This document shows, piece by piece, positions 12,824 through 25,793 of a DNA stretch of 64,000 nt (its first letter is position 1; the number at the start of each line of letters is the position of its first letter). The stretch spans positions 50,966,001 through 51,030,000 of the forward strand of contig NC_058382.1 of the NCBI RefSeq assembly GCF_018350175.1, in the 5' to 3' direction. The position numbers were made by a program, and so were the translations under genes. The stretch comes from Felis catus (taxonomy: Eukaryota). A model generated the notes under the pieces. That model was not told the DNA's origin. It searched no databases and worked only from the letters and a program-made list of their open reading frames with translations.

Positions 12824-13048
12824 GGGGCACCTGGGTGGCTCAGTTGCTTAAGCTACCGACTTTGGCTCAGGTCATGATCTCGCAGTTTGTGAGTTCGAGC
12901 CCCACGTCGGGCTCTGGGTGACAGCTCAGAGCCCGGAGCCTACTTCAGATTCTATGTCTCCCCCCTCTGTCTACCCCTCCCCTGCTCATATTCTGTGTCT
13001 CTCTGTCTCTCAATAATAAATAAACGTTAAAAAAATTTAAAAAAAAAA
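12824..13048 (+). mobile_element. Can-SINE
   Basis: TSD aagaa(t/g)tggaga. Confidence 0.95.
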
Positions 13049-13795
13049 GAAGTGGAGAAAATCCTTTCTGATATGAAAAAAAAATCTCATTAACTTTTCT
13101 CAACCAAAATAGAAAACAAAACTGGAAGCTGAACTTTTAAAAATGATCCCAAGTATTGGTTTGCTGAATACGCTGCCTTGAGAGGTTCAGAAGAAATCAC
13201 GGGCAGAACGTTTTCTGCAACACAGGCTCTAGGCGCAAGTAACGTGCTGGCCACCCTTGCGGTCAGGCTCATCTCGCTGGGCCCCGCACCCCTGAAGAGT
13301 CACAGCTACGCCTACTCGCTCGCTCTGCTGACCTCACACTCACTCTGCTACCACGGCAGACACAAGCTCCCGTCCAGAGAGCAGGTCGCCCCAGACGTGA
13401 GGAACACAGACCCGCGTTCCACGTGGGTTCAACCCGACAACGTGCCAGTAGCAAAACAATCTTAGTTATTAGCAAATGCCAGACGTTTCTATTCTATCAG
13501 TTTTCATCCTGGAGAGATTGTGCAAATACCGTACGGTCCCATGAGAAAACAGAACCGGACAACTGGAGAAGATGCTTTAACTTTTAAATCCAGTGGCTGC
13601 CCAAAGGATGCCATGATCCTTGGCATTACTGCTTAAATCCCCAGGAGCCCCTCTCCCCCTGCCCTCCCCTGCCCTCTCCAGCAGAGAGAAGCAGAATCTC
13701 CATGAAGGTGAGATGGTAGGTCTTAGGATTCCATCAGGAAAACTGCTCTAACAACGAGGAAGGAGGGAAAGGAGACCTTGTATAGTTGTGCACAT

Positions 13796-14159
13796 TATCT
13801 CGGGCTCTTCTGGCTGCTATAACAAAATACCACCGACTGGATGCTTTTGAACAACACACATGTATCGCTCACAGCTCTAGGGGCTGGAAGTCCAAGCCTG
13901 GGGTGCCAGCATGGCTGGGTTCTGGTTAGAGCCCTCTTCCGAGGCTACAGGCTACCTGCTTCTCTGCAGTGCCCGCACACGGTGGAAGGGGCCAGGGAAT
14001 GTTCTGGGCTCTCCTTTAGAGAAGCACTAATCCCACTCATCAGTCTCCACCCTCAGGACCTAACCACTCCCGGGAGTCCCCATCTCCTAACACCGTCACC
14101 TCAGGGATTAGGTTTCAACATCTGGCCTTCAGAGGGACATAAACATTTAGACCACAGCA
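13796..14159 (-). mobile_element. MaLR solo LTR (MLT1A0-like)
   Basis: gctgctataacaaaataccac...ctcacagctctaggggctggaagtccaag...acatttagaccacagca. Confidence 0.8.
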
Positions 14160-14312
14160 GACATACAGGCTGGGAATTATGATACATTACATTCAGTAAC
14201 AGAATCATTAGCACTTAATGTGACTTAAGAGACTATAGATTGGGAAAGAAAAATGTGATTTGAGGGCCATGGCCCATGCCTATAGTTGATTCTTTCTTTA
14301 AGGTGTAAGTAC

Positions 14313-14703
14313 GTAGACAATTTTATTGTTGAGTTGTTCTCCCAGCCAGTTAATAGGAATGGCCTGACAAAATGTTCCTGAAGCCACGTCCACCGCTCTC
14401 AGACCTGGCTTCTTGAGATTTTACCACAGTTTATGTGTGCTGGGGTGGGTCTCGTATTATACGTTGGTTATGACTCTGCACAGCAATATTTGGCCTTAAG
14501 TCTTTCCTCCCATTTTGGTGAAGGACACCCTTAGGTAACAAAGCTTGGAAAGCTGAAAAACCCCAGCCCTAAAACTGAACTGAGTCTGTTTTAGGACTCG
14601 AGATCGGCAGAGACTCTAGAACTCTGATATGACAAAAATATGGTGAACCGCTGCCCGAGAATATCACTCTGAAACTAACGACAGCGTTGTCGACTGTTGG
14701 TCC
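14313..14703 (-). pseudogene. Pseudo-exon (3' boundary uncertain)
   Basis: Acceptor tattcttttttttattgccag after a 100-nt intron. Phase-0 frame: GPTVDNAVVSFRVIFSGSGSPYFCHIRVLESLPISSPKTDSVQF*GWGFSAFQALLPKG..., CSD-like VSFxV. Confidence 0.5.
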
Positions 14704-14803
14704 CTGGCAATAAAAAAAAGAATAAACAGACTTGAGAAGAGAGCAGACAAGCTGAATCCAAGCATCCAAAAAAAAAAAAAAAAAAAATAGAGCCAATTCT
14801 TAC

Positions 14804-14969
14804 CGGCAGGTGCCAATAATCAGCAGAGCGTGCCCTGACGTCTTAAATGTCACTTAACTCCCCAACTCTGATAATGGAGGGAGTGGCTGAGACTTTACAG
14901 AGTGTCAGTGTTAACTCCCAACGTCAGCACCAGGTTGCAAAACATCTCCTGGCTCACGGCCAGGGGATC
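14804..14969 (-). pseudogene. Pseudo-exon (166 nt, frameshifted)
   Basis: Acceptor aactccttgttag and donor gtaaga. Reads DPLAVSQEMFCNLVLTLGVNT, then after a frameshift KVSATPSIIRVGELSDI*DVRARSADYWHLP. Confidence 0.55.
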
Positions 14970-15185
14970 CTAACAAGGAGTTTGTACCCACACATATGTA
15001 AGATGAATGATTTGTGTATGTTACATATATTTCCTCAGTATGTGCTTGGTATTTGGAAGTCAGTATACTAGGGATGTACTCAAAGACATGTGGAAAAAAG
15101 CACCAACTTGGATTCTTAGAAGTGGCCTGACACTGTAATGGAATAGTCAGAGAAAGGCCTCCTGCTCCACAAATCATGCACATAC

Positions 15186-15303
15186 ACCGGATGCTAATAT
15201 GCTAAAAGGAAGCTGAGATCTCATATTCTACATGCACACGTTGTAACACATTTAGAGCAACTAACTGTTGTTCTTGGAACAGAATAAACACCCACAAAAA
15301 AAG
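15186..15303 (-). pseudogene. Pseudo-exon (118 nt)
   Basis: Acceptor ttttgttttccttcag and donor gtatgt; stops in all frames. Confidence 0.5.
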
Positions 15304-15937
15304 CTGAAGGAAAACAAAATTTTCAAAAGTGACTAGATTACTACGGAAAATGTCTCTAACTTTAACAGTACGAAATGATAAAATACTTTTTATACAATGT
15401 TTATTACCTAACATGGATGCTTCCCTGAGAAATTTGCCTTTTCTTCTAATTAAATGATTAAATAAATCATGCTTTTATGAGCTACCAATATTAACAGCAT
15501 CATCGAGAATTATTTATCGGAGTCCACTTCCTTTCTAGAGAATGAGAAATTTTTTTAATTGGCTCATTTATGTCAGGTCATATATATCAAGAGGTAATTG
15601 CTTTGCTAAAATCCCACAGATTTAAAGATCAGCTTCCAGTTCTTTCGTTTGCTAAAAATGACCCATGTTAAGAACAGTACAAATGTCACAGGTGTCGCTG
15701 AAATGTAAGTAAAGGGGTGATGTGATTAAAAGCAAAGCTTAACAGCAACACCAACAACAAAAAACACCCCCAAACATAAAAACTCCAATGTGTTAGAATG
15801 ACCCTTGCACAAAGAAAAATATATGTCTGTGGTGTCATCATGTGACAGTTGAAAAGAATCATTACAAAATGCTTAACATGTAGTTAAGATGGGAAACAAA
15901 ATTTAGTAATATTTTTCTTCATTAAATGCTGTATCAA

Positions 15938-15942
<5 letters not shown>

Positions 15943-16006
<64 letters not shown>

Positions 16007-16021
16007 CCTCTCTCTCTCTCT
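15943..16021. repeat. (CT)n microsatellite
   Basis: Direct inspection. Confidence 0.95.
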
Positions 16022-16146
16022 TTTTTAGCAAAACACGACTTTCAAACAAAATCTTCTATGGCAGTCAGCTGAAATGGGTAGAAAGGCCCTGATTGTAGGC
16101 AGGGGGAGGGTGAAGGAGCTGGAATTCCAGACACTGGATCTCCCAC

Positions 16147-16253
16147 GTATCTCTCTGAAGGTTGCCCCCCAAACAATTCCAGTTTTAAAACAGTATTTTA
16201 TAATAAGGAAAATAAGTGGAATCATCAATATCGATAATTCACCCACCAACAAC
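16147..16253 (-). pseudogene. Pseudo-exon (107 nt)
   Basis: Acceptor tttcattttctctcaag and donor gtggga. Phase 0->2 frame: VVGG*IIDIDDSTYFPYYKILF*NWNCLGGNLQRD. Confidence 0.5.
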
Positions 16254-16639
16254 CTTGAGAGAAAATGAAAAGTAGGAAATGTATCTTCAAGATCCTCCCA
16301 TTGTCCATTTCCATATCCTTCTCTCTCATTCTCCCTGTCCACAATGGTACCCATTTCTATCCACTAGCATATCACTTCATATAAGCGCTAGCTCCACAGG
16401 CCAGATCCTGTGAAGTGATACCTTTTGATTCAATGAAAGCTTGCTGGATTGCTACTTACTGCAAGGTAATACTTTCAACACCGTAGAAGGAAAACAGAAG
16501 AACCAGCCGTCATATAATCTAATCCATTTGACCAGAGCTAGTTTCACCACTTTTTACTGCCCTCTATCACTTCCAAAGGAAAGAAGGACATTCTCTAATA
16601 ATGATAAGAACTATTATTTAATAAGACTCTACTAGGAAA

Positions 16640-17760
16640 TATCACACTGTTGGTGGAAATGCATATTTCAATCACTTTGGGAAACTGCTGGACAGTATCT
16701 ACTAATGCTGAACATATGCCTAAGCTCTGATCCAGAAACTCCACTCTTTATAGGGTGTGTGTGTTTGGGGGTGGGTGGGTAGGTAGGTGGGTGTCTTCAA
16801 GAGAAATGCATACAGGATATAGTCACAAGAGACCTGTCCAAGAATGTTGTTATATACACTAATCATAACAGCCAAAAAAAAAAAAAATTAACATGCAAAC
16901 CAGATGGTCATAAACAGCACAGGTAAATAGATTGTCACATAGTCATACAATGAAATACTATTCAGCAATGAGAATTTAAAAACTACAACTACTCACAATA
17001 GCAAGAATTAATCACACACCAAAAAAAAATGTTGAAGGAAGGAAGCCAGATTAACCCTTCCCCCCTCCGAATAAGGCAAACCGACCTATAGTATTAAAAG
17101 TCTAGATACTGGTCATTCAGTCTCTAAACTAGAAGGAGTCCCAGACGGTTTTGGGTGTCCTGATAACAACTCGCTTCTTCATGTGAAAGTTGATCACTGG
17201 TCTTGACTGTATTCACTGAGCTACACATTATTTGTGCCCTTTTTCTGTATGCATGCTATACTTTAATAACATTTTCCCCAAAAAAGGAGAAAAATAATTC
17301 AACTCGTCACATTAGCAAACTAATGGAGGAAATAATAAAAGATTCCCATTAATGCAGACAGAGAAATCTATAAAATTCAGCCTTCATTAATGAAAACTTT
17401 CTTAGCAAACTTGGAATCAAAGGGAACTTCATTAATCTGATAGAGAACATCTACAAGAATCTTCCAGCAAAACTTGCATTTCATTGTGAATTATTGAAAC
17501 CTTTCCCTGGAGATCAGGAGTAAGATAAGGATGCCTGCTATCACCAATTCTCTCTGACATTTTGCTCAAAGTCCTAGGTAATGCAACAAGGCAAGCTTAG
17601 AAAATGAATAAAACCACCATTATTCAGAGCTGACTTGGCCTCATAGAACATCCAAATGAATACAGAGACCAGCTATTACAATTAACATGATAGTTCAGCA
17701 AAGTCATTGGGTATAAGGTCGGAAAGCAAAGTCAATTTTATTTCCAGATACAATAAAGAG
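16640..17760 (+). mobile_element. Old L1 (L1ME-like) 3' end plus ORF2 fragments
   Basis: cactgttggtggaaatgca...catacaatgaaatactattcagcaatgaga; aaactttcttagcaaacttggaat...ggatgcctgctatcacca. Confidence 0.7.
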
Positions 17761-17948
17761 AAAATCTAGAAACACGTAGAATCAAAATCAAAATTTAGGC
17801 ACTGAGCTCTATGACAGAGCCACTCCAGAGCTCTGAACAAAACATTTCAAACCACTATTTGAAACAATGAAAAGACTTTTAAGAAATAACTCTACTCAAA
17901 GACTGTGAGGACTTCCTAAGTAGTAACCTCTTGAGGCCGGATTCTTAC

Positions 17949-17996
17949 TTTAGTAGTGTTGATCAGCGCATTTTGGACTCTTTCTCCCAATTTCAT
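17949..17996 (-). pseudogene. Pseudo-exon (48 nt, stop-free)
   Basis: Acceptor catttctacttctag and donor gtaaga. The only open frame is MKLGERVQNALINTTK (phase 0->0), CSD-like LxxGxxV. Confidence 0.6.
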
Positions 17997-18705
17997 CTAG
18001 AAGTAGAAATGATTCATTGCTGTATAGTTCCACTTTGGAGTTAATAAATAAATAGTCTACATTTTTCTTTGTAGTCAACAGATGACTTTTAGCTTCTTAC
18101 AAAACACTAAGCGTTCCATTTTAGAAAGGAAAACAAGAAGAAAAGAAAAAGATAAGGCCACAATGGGAACTATTCAAAATCATGGACCTCAGATTCAAAA
18201 ATAAAATTGAAGAATTACAAAAGGGTGGGACACCTGGATGGCTCTGTTGGAAGAGCATGTGACTCTTGATTTTAAGAATCCCAAAAAGGTTTCTGTTCAA
18301 GCATCATTATTATAGTAATTGAAGGAATGGGGACTGGCCACCCAACTGGCTGATTAGAAATATCCGTTATGGTTTATCATCACCCTCCATCAATGACAGT
18401 CTCTTGAATTTTACTCATCTCTTGATCATGCATTTACTCAACACATATTGTGTGTGCTTACTGTGTGACAGGCACTGTGTTAGAGATTCGAAGATTCTGG
18501 AAGTCTGGTCTTCTCCAGAATCTGTCATCTCTGTTCCTCCCTCCTTATCTATTCTTCTCCCCTCCCAAAGACTCATTCCCTCCCCCAAAGACTCATTCCA
18601 GAGACTTATTTCAAAAAAATAATAATTATAGAGAAGATATTTCATTTTAATGGATTCTTTGGGGGTCAAATACGTATCATCATGACATACGTGATGACTG
18701 GTTAC

Positions 18706-18797
18706 CATAGACCATACTGTTTCTTGGATAAAGAAGTTTCCTAAGCTATAATTTTCTTATTATTACAAGATAATTTGATCAGACCTATAGTTTTTAA
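18706..18797 (-). pseudogene. Pseudo-exon (92 nt)
   Basis: Acceptor cagtattttacag and donor gtaacc. Phase 1->0 frame: KNYRSDQIIL***ENYSLGNFFIQETVWSM. Confidence 0.5.
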
Positions 18798-18913
18798 CTG
18801 TAAAATACTGAATTTAAAGGCTTTACGAAGCAAAAAATTAAAAAGTGAAAAATAAGGCTCTATGAAACAATGAACTGGGAATCTACTAAATACTAAATTT
18901 CAGGTTATGTTAC

Positions 18914-19039
18914 CAATATTTTAGAAATTTGTCTTCCCAAATGTAATAACATACAGAAGATGGTGACTGACACATGATTCAAGATGTATCACAGCTTCCC
19001 TGAAATTTCCTTTTGATGTTTATATATAAACTTCACAAA
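18914..19039 (-). pseudogene. Pseudo-exon (126 nt)
   Basis: Poly-T acceptor and donor gtaaca. Phase 1->1 frame: CEVYI*TSKGNFREAVIHLESCVSHHLLYVITFGKTNF*NI. All frames contain stops. Confidence 0.55.
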
Positions 19040-19562
19040 CTAAAAAAAAAAAAAAAAAAAAAAAGGAATAAGCTACAATCCTTGGAAATAACATTTCTTC
19101 TGTTTTCCTTACTTTAGATAAAACTTTTCCCCAGTTTTATTTCTATCATGACCATTCTGATGTCTTGCTGGTGTTTTTGTACAGTTGTTATCACCAGAGA
19201 GATTATTGATTTTTTTTCCCCTCAAAGTATCTGTCCATGTTTTTTGCTATTCTTTCTTTACTGTTTTTAGTGCATACTAAGATCTCCCATTGATTCTGAA
19301 GTAAAAAAAAAAATGCATTATTTGACTTAATTTCTCATTTCTGAGATTTGGGATATAAAAAACTCTGGATAATCTTAAAATAGCATACTATTATAACTTA
19401 GAATAATTGAACTTGGAAATCTAGTATATACACGTCTTAGGATCTCTCAGAGGGAGGTACAATAATAGTTCACTGTCCCTAAAAAAAGTTTTGATTATTG
19501 ACTTACAATCACCAAGGGTTTTAAAGAGTTGAGAGACTTGCTGACATTTTTACACAATATAG

Positions 19563-19776
19563 TTTTTTTCTTTTTTAAGAGAGAGAGAATGAGCAGGTGA
19601 GAGAGGCAGAGGCAGAGAGAAAGACAGAGATAGAGAGAAAGAGATTGAGAATCCCAAGCAGGCTCCACGCTTGAGCGTAGAGCCCAACATGGGGCTCCAT
19701 CCCAGGACCCCGGGATCATGACCTGAGCCAAAATCAAGAGTCAGAAGCTCAACCAACTGAGCCACTCAGGTGCCCC
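19563..19776 (-). mobile_element. Can-SINE
   Basis: Reverse head aggtgcccc and (GA)n. Confidence 0.9.
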
Positions 19777-19788
19777 TCTGCACAGTAT

Positions 19789-19827
<39 letters not shown>

Positions 19828-20439
19828 ATCCTTGGCTTCAGCAGTCTCCCACAATGCCTGCACCAGCCCTGCAGATTTGAAGACATGCTTCAATCCAAAA
19901 AAACCCAGGGCTCTAAAATTACAAACCAACTGGAAAGGGGAAGGAATGGAGCCAGTGAGGGTCAACAACCGCAAGCAGCAAATGGCGTGTGATGGCGTGT
20001 AAATGATTTACACGCATAAGTTGTGACTAAGGAGGGCCAAGAGGGAACACAAGGTACAGGACTGTGTGTGTCAGGGGACTAGACCCCGTCAGAGCACTCA
20101 GGCAAGCGACCCTGAGTACCTGCTGCCGAGCTGGGACCTCACAGTGAGGAGGGGAAAGTGTTTTGGTGGAAGGAAGTTTCTGCAAAAGTCTTGATAGAAA
20201 GAAACACTAACTGAATAATAAAAATAATACATGCAAAGAACTCCAGTCTGAGGAATAGAGAGCAGAGAGGAAAGGGGATCCAAGAGGAGGATGCCAGCAC
20301 CCATCATGGCCATGGCAACACCCTCTTCCTCCTGAAATCCCTGAGGGCCACAGAGAGATCCATCAGGTAGCTGATGCGACCAGGGACTACAAGAAATCCT
20401 GACTCAAAAAAAACTGTATGAGGGGGTAAAAAATAAAAA

Positions 20440-20720
20440 AAGAGACAAAATTGGGGAAGTTTAAATAGTTAGTCAATCCTTGAATCGTGGTTAATGCTTC
20501 AGTTGTGACAATGAACCTGTAGGTATGCTTTTTTAAAAACTCCTGATCTCGTATAGGTAGATACAAATAGTTAGAGATTAAATGATGTGATGACTAGAAG
20601 GTTTTCAAAATAATCCCGGAGGCAGTGTGTGTGGTACAGAGGAAGAAGTACCAACTTGTGGTTAAGAATTATAAAGCCAGACTGGTTTGCAGAGATCACT
20701 GGAGGTGAGGGGGATTACCG
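20440..20720 (+). mobile_element. L1MC/MD-like 3' UTR fragment
   Basis: aaatgatgtgatgactagaaggttttcaaaataatcc. Confidence 0.4.
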
Positions 20721-21262
20721 TCTACATTAGGTTGACAGGGGCAGATGTGGGGGGATGCAGGGACTGGTGGGGGGCGATGGGAGACGTAGGCAACAGGGTG
20801 ACTCATAGGCTTCCAGGCCACATGCTTGAGTGGCCAGGAAGGTCATCCACTGCAACAGGAGACACACAAAAGAGGCGGGTTTTAGGGTGGGGTTGGGGAA
20901 AGGGTGGGGCCCCAAGCATGGTTTGCACCCCAGACAAGTGGTAAATCTGAAAGGTCCTGGAGAGATCAAACAGCCTGAATAAATGCATGGCTAGGTATGT
21001 CTGGAACTCACAGAAGTCTCCTGGGCAGGACACAAGAGTCCTCGGTCCACACTCATATATGGTAGCAGAGGTACACCGATAGACGAGCGGACTACGGGGA
21101 GAGTCAGAGAAGCACACTTCCATTAATTATCCGTGACTGTGGGGTGGAGGAGGCGGGAATTAGTGAACTGGCAAAAGAACACAGTTATCACTTCATCTTG
21201 TAATTCTTTTTGCACGAAGCCCTCCGTTCCTCAGTTTCTGGAATGGACTCCAATTGACTGAC

Positions 21263-21305
21263 CTGGGTTGCATACGTATTCTTTCTCTGACATCATCAAC
21301 GATGT
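21263..21305 (-). pseudogene. Pseudo-exon (43 nt)
   Basis: Acceptor tttgctctttgctgattttcag and donor gtcagt. Reads IVDDVRERIRMQP. Confidence 0.5.
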
Positions 21306-21482
21306 CTGAAAATCAGCAAAGAGCAAACTAGAAATGGCTACTAATGACAAGTTTTACATATATATGAAAAACTGTCTTCCTAAAATCTTTCTCTAATATG
21401 CAGGATGTCCAATGGCTTTTGAAATTGGCCAATAGAGAACAGAGGAGAAAAAAGGAAACAATGATAATAAAATTAAACTCAC

Positions 21483-21618
21483 GGTGCATTTGGATATGGA
21501 TAGTATTCTAGACTTGTCAACAAACTTTTGTAATTACTACTTCCTTCAAAGCCCATAACCATGCTGTTTGATCGATAAATCACTATTATAAGAAAATTCT
21601 TATAAATAATGAAGAAAT
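21483..21618 (-). pseudogene. Pseudo-exon (136 nt)
   Basis: Donor gtgagt and acceptor aattctgtgtag. Open frame: FFIIYKNFLIIVIYRSNSMVMGFEGSSNYKSLLTSLEYYPYPNA. Confidence 0.55.
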
Positions 21619-21751
21619 CTACACAGAATTTTCCAGGATTGGTTTATTAAGGTCGTATTTTCTAATAGTCAATGAAGCAGAATTCTAACTAAAAACCTTG
21701 CTGTGCCTTCTTTGGATCTTTGTCTAAGATATATCATTCAGAGAATCCATC

Positions 21752-22298
21752 TGTAGTTGGTTCAACACTATGCTCCCCAAGTTCATGTCTACTCAGGACA
21801 CCTGAATGTGACTTTATTTTGACATAGGGTCTTTGCAGAAGTAATTAGTTAAGAATTGGAATGTCCGGCTGGCTCAGTCGATGACAGCATCCTACTCTTG
21901 ATCTTGGGGTTGTGAGTTCAAGTCCCATATTGGGCATTGACCTTGCTTAAAAAGAAAAGGAGAACTGGAATAAAATCATACTGGTTTAGGATAGGTTCTA
22001 TATCTAATGCGATTGTTCTTATAAGAGGAATAAATGAATGAACAGAAGTGCAGGGAAGAAGGCAATGTGAAGGTGGAGGGGATTGAGACTGGAGTGAGGT
22101 GCCCACAAACCAAAATTCAGCAAGGATTTGCTACAACCACCAGAAGTGAGGAGAGAATCATGGGAAAGTTTCTCCCTCAGAGCCCCCAGAACACCTAACC
22201 TTGTCAACACCTTGATTTTGAACTTCTAGCCCCCAGAACTGTGAATGAATACATTACTGTTGCTTTACACGACCCAGTTTGGGCTATTTTGGTACAGT
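21752..22298 (+). mobile_element. MaLR solo LTR (MLT1B/C-like) with a short Can-SINE inserted at ~21860-21955
   Basis: gaatgtgactttatttt...agggtctttgcaga...caccttgattttgaacttctagccccagaactgtga. Confidence 0.75.
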
Positions 22299-22348
22299 GC
22301 CCTAGGAAGCCGGTACACCACCTCTTATAGAGAAGAATTTTTATTTAC

Positions 22349-22491
22349 TAATGAAAATCATTTTCCCCATGAAGCCAAAAAGCCCTTGATTCTAATGTCT
22401 CTTGATAAATGTCAATTGTTCTGGAACGTATCTGGAATCTGTGCGGTATCAACATCATTGTAGCCTTTAGAATAACCACTTCCATGTGCAA
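22349..22491 (-). pseudogene. Pseudo-exon (143 nt)
   Basis: Acceptor agtttgtttgcag and donor gtaaat. Frame is ambiguous; one frame is open (LHMEVVILKATMML...HGENDFH). Confidence 0.45.
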
Positions 22492-22731
22492 CTGCAAACA
22501 AACTAGCTAATGTCATGGCTGGTTTTATTAGCGGTTGAGGGTCTCTTTCTAAATTCTCCTGACCTCAATTTATCTTCTTAATATTCTTATTCAAATACTC
22601 TTCCTTTTTCAAAATAACTGAATTGCAAACTCATGGAGGCCAAAATCCTGTTTGTCCACACTGAGCAGATGACCTGAACTGGAACCCCATTCACTGCCTT
22701 TTTATCAAACCAAAGCCCCGAAGGGACTTAC

Positions 22732-22799
22732 ATGGTTCCAACTATCTCTAACCTTCCGACCCTTATCGAGCAACACCATGCACAGAAACGTTCCCAAGG
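22732..22799 (-). pseudogene. Pseudo-exon (68 nt; alternative acceptor at 22804)
   Basis: Acceptor tccttctctagcctag and donor gtaagt. Phase 0->2 frame: PWERFCAWCCSIRVGRLEIVGT. Confidence 0.55.
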
Positions 22800-23159
22800 C
22801 TAGGCTAGAGAAGGATAACAGTACCTTACTTGACGTTTTTAAATGCCTTCAAGGCAGAGCAACTATGGGTCAGGTCTTCAAGGTTCCCTTTCTCAGACTG
22901 AGCTTGTCCTTTGTCTTGTGAATCATGTAGCCATTCTACTATGACAGGTGGATTATGCTGGCGACCTTCTCATCTTTTTACCTCCCCTCTCCAACCACAC
23001 CCAACCCTCCTTTTTATTTAAAATCATATCAAGATGACCTTTCCCTGGAACTCATGTTTAGCAAAAATCTAGGACATAATTCTCCAAAGAAATAATAGTG
23101 AAGACTAGATTATAACCCTGATTTAGTACTTAGAATCGGTTCGTTTGTACAGCACTTAC

Positions 23160-23214
23160 ACACAATAGCATTTGTTTCTTGACTGTGTACTTCACGGTGC
23201 TCGGGGCTGAGAGA
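23160..23214 (-). pseudogene. Pseudo-exon (55 nt)
   Basis: Acceptor ccgcttgtaccttcag and donor gtaagt. Phase 2->0 frame is open: LSAPSTVKYTVKKQMLLC. Confidence 0.55.
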
Positions 23215-23670
23215 CTGAAGGTACAAGCGGACAAAAGCCAGAACACACGGGGGGATGGGACCCCCCCACAGGCGCTACCGCCTGCAGGAAGCCATCCGAC
23301 AGTCCTCAGGATCCTCCTGACCCAGGCCAGGAAGCCAGACAGCAACTCCTTTAGCGACTGTCCCCAGAGAGTCAGGACTGGAATAACTGACCCTCTTCCT
23401 CATTTCGGCCCTCACTTCCAACTTAGGGCCCACGGACAAAGCCTTCCCCGCGGCCCCAGGAGAACGCAGCCCCACCCAACCACACAGATGCGCCCCCTGG
23501 GGTCAGCCCCGGTTACAGCCTCCAGCCAGGGCCACCCGCAGCCTCGAGTTTTGTGCACCAGAAAGCTCTTCTCCTCCCATCTATCTTGGAGTCCCTGACT
23601 GACTCCCTTGCTATCGGTCCACTGGGAACAGCGGCTTCAGCCTGTTCCGGTCCGGGTGGCCCGCACTTAC

Positions 23671-23851
23671 TTCCACCGGGAAGCCAGAAGTGATGGGCCC
23701 CGGACGACCAGGGGGTTCCCGCGTGGCTGTTCCGCGCCCAGAACCACAGATTCGGCCAGTCCTGTTCTCAGGGGCCGGTTCTTTTCAGTAACTTGGGCCT
23801 ATGCAATCATTAGTCCTGTTTCTCAACATCTACTCTGTACTCCGAATCCAA
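23671..23851 (-). pseudogene. Pseudo-exon (181 nt), CSD-like
   Basis: Consensus donor gtaagt and acceptor acttacacag. Phase 1->2 frame: GFGVQSRC*ETGLMIA*AQVTEKNRPLRTGLAESVVLGAEQPRGNPLVVRGPSLLASRW. Confidence 0.5.
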
Positions 23852-25181
23852 CTGTGTAAGTACCTGGATGGGGCAGCTGGAGTCCTCTGAGGCGTTAGCT
23901 AACACACGTGATTCATTTTATTAGATGATCTCTTGTAACACTTGCTTGTATTTTTATTTCTGCTATTCTATGTGGATTCCAGCCTATCGTAGATGCCAAT
24001 ATGCTAGCAGTTGCGATGTCATTACAGAAGGGTTGAATTCTTATTTTCAGCTGGTGCCATGTTGACCTGGAAAACTCAGGAATTCTTTCCCAACACAAGT
24101 AATGCGTTACCCGGGAGCCTGCTGCTTCCCAAAGACAAAGAGCTGGTCACTCGGTACACAGGACATTGGTGGGCTGCATGCAGCAAATCCCGACTTCAGA
24201 CCAGGGCGTCAGAGGACAAAGACAGAGCGTGTGTTTCCAGCTTCCTATCGTCTCCCTCTTTCACTGGGCAAGACTGGCCCCACCAGTAGTTAACGCCTTC
24301 TCCTCTCCAGCTCGTCATCTGAGCATTTCAGCGTTTACTGGTGAAGCCATACGGCACACTCAGTTAAGCCACATGGCAGCACTTCATTCTCGCCCAGAGG
24401 TGGGAGGAGGAAACACAGCCTCCGGGGATCTATCAAGTCAGAGCTGCCTGCCAGAGCTCCCGTGTCTCCCATCCAGTGGTGACACAGGAGTCCGTCCGGA
24501 TGCCACCTTGGGGGAGAGAGGAGCTAGTCCATGCTGCGATTAGATGAGGTCACGGTGGCCATAAGGTTTGCCCACGGTATGGACTCTCTCCATTTAACAA
24601 GTGGTCAAAGCCCAAGACACAATGAGGCCAAGAGACATGTGACCCTCACACGTTTAACACGGGAAGACTCTGACAAATGAAGGGTCAGCACCATAAAACA
24701 TCCTGAAAAAAATAAGTAACTCGGAGACACTGGAAATAGCAAGCTGCAGTACCCCAGAATTTGTGTTCCTGGAATATGGCTCCCTGACCTCCCAACACAG
24801 GGAGCAAAATTACGTCATAATATTTAATAACTGGCCTCCAGCTGGTGTTGGTACAGAGAAGAAGCAGTGAAAATTAAGTCCCTCTGCCTGGCTTGCAGTT
24901 AGGCTGACCAGGACTAAGACAAAACAGAGAACCTAAGACATTTCTAATGCCCAAAAGTAGTCATCTTGAGAGCAAAGATCACTACTGCCTTTGACCTATA
25001 AACATATTTCTACACCCAACAAGGAAAGAGCGCTCGTTCAAGGAAAAGCCATGTTAAATGAGCTACCACGATGTTTAACGGTTTTACTGCATAATACGGA
25101 TCTCGATATTTTAATTATATCTCTGTGTGTTACAAAAACTTAGAAAATCTCAACTGGAAAATGATCACAAAGTGCGTCTAC

Positions 25182-25289
25182 CTGTCATTTTCTGAGTCAG
25201 GAATGAATCAGGTCCTGGGCACATGTGGTCTTGTAAGACTGGAATCATCCAAAGCAGTCCTGACGCATATAGATAGGGGGACATTGAAG
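25182..25289 (-). pseudogene. Pseudo-exon (108 nt, stop-free)
   Basis: Acceptor gtgcatttcccccag and donor gtagac. Phase 1->1 frame: SMSPYLYASGLLWMIPVLQDHMCPGPDSFLTQKMT. Confidence 0.5.
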
Positions 25290-25670
25290 CTGGGGGAAAT
25301 GCACATATTTGGATATCAGGTGACTTTTCTCCTGTATTTCTGTGACCCCTGTGGCATGCAGCACAGCAATGAGCTCCCTGCTTGTGTTCAACGAAGTGTC
25401 AGGTACGACAAGGCCCTGTGGCCACCTCTGTCCCCCCCACTCCGCGAATGCTTCACAGGTCACCTTCTCCAACTACATCCCGTGCGGCCCAGGGAAACAC
25501 TGCCGGAGCCCAGAGCACTAGCCAGGCCACGGCAGTCAGGGGCCTCTTTACACGCCTGAGCTGGCTGTCGCTACCGATGACTGGCGGAGGGATTTGATTT
25601 GCAACGGGATGTAACAGGAATCACGGGGGCGTTCAAGGTGTGGTTTAAAATGCTAAGCATGGGACTTTAC

Positions 25671-25793
25671 CTGTGACGCCGGCAAGGCGATTTCCTCTCT
25701 GAGGACTGGGTTCCTCACTCAAACAAGGCAATTCCCAAACCGCATTAGAATATAGAGCCAATAGTTGTAACAAAACCCCAAGAGAGGAGCAGC
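25671..25793 (-). pseudogene. Pseudo-exon (123 nt, stop-free)
   Basis: Acceptor ctcacttgctcag and donor gtaaag. Phase 1->1 frame: CSSLGVLLQLLALYSNAVWELPCLSEEPSPQRGNRLAGVT. Confidence 0.5.

Noticed and set aside
23600..23910. CpG-rich stretch with a gtaagt donor, a GTTAGCTAAC palindrome and CACGTG, first read as a promoter and first exon
   Set aside because: It fits better as an internal pseudo-exon, in phase with neighbours on both sides. Motifs this short are weak evidence on their own.
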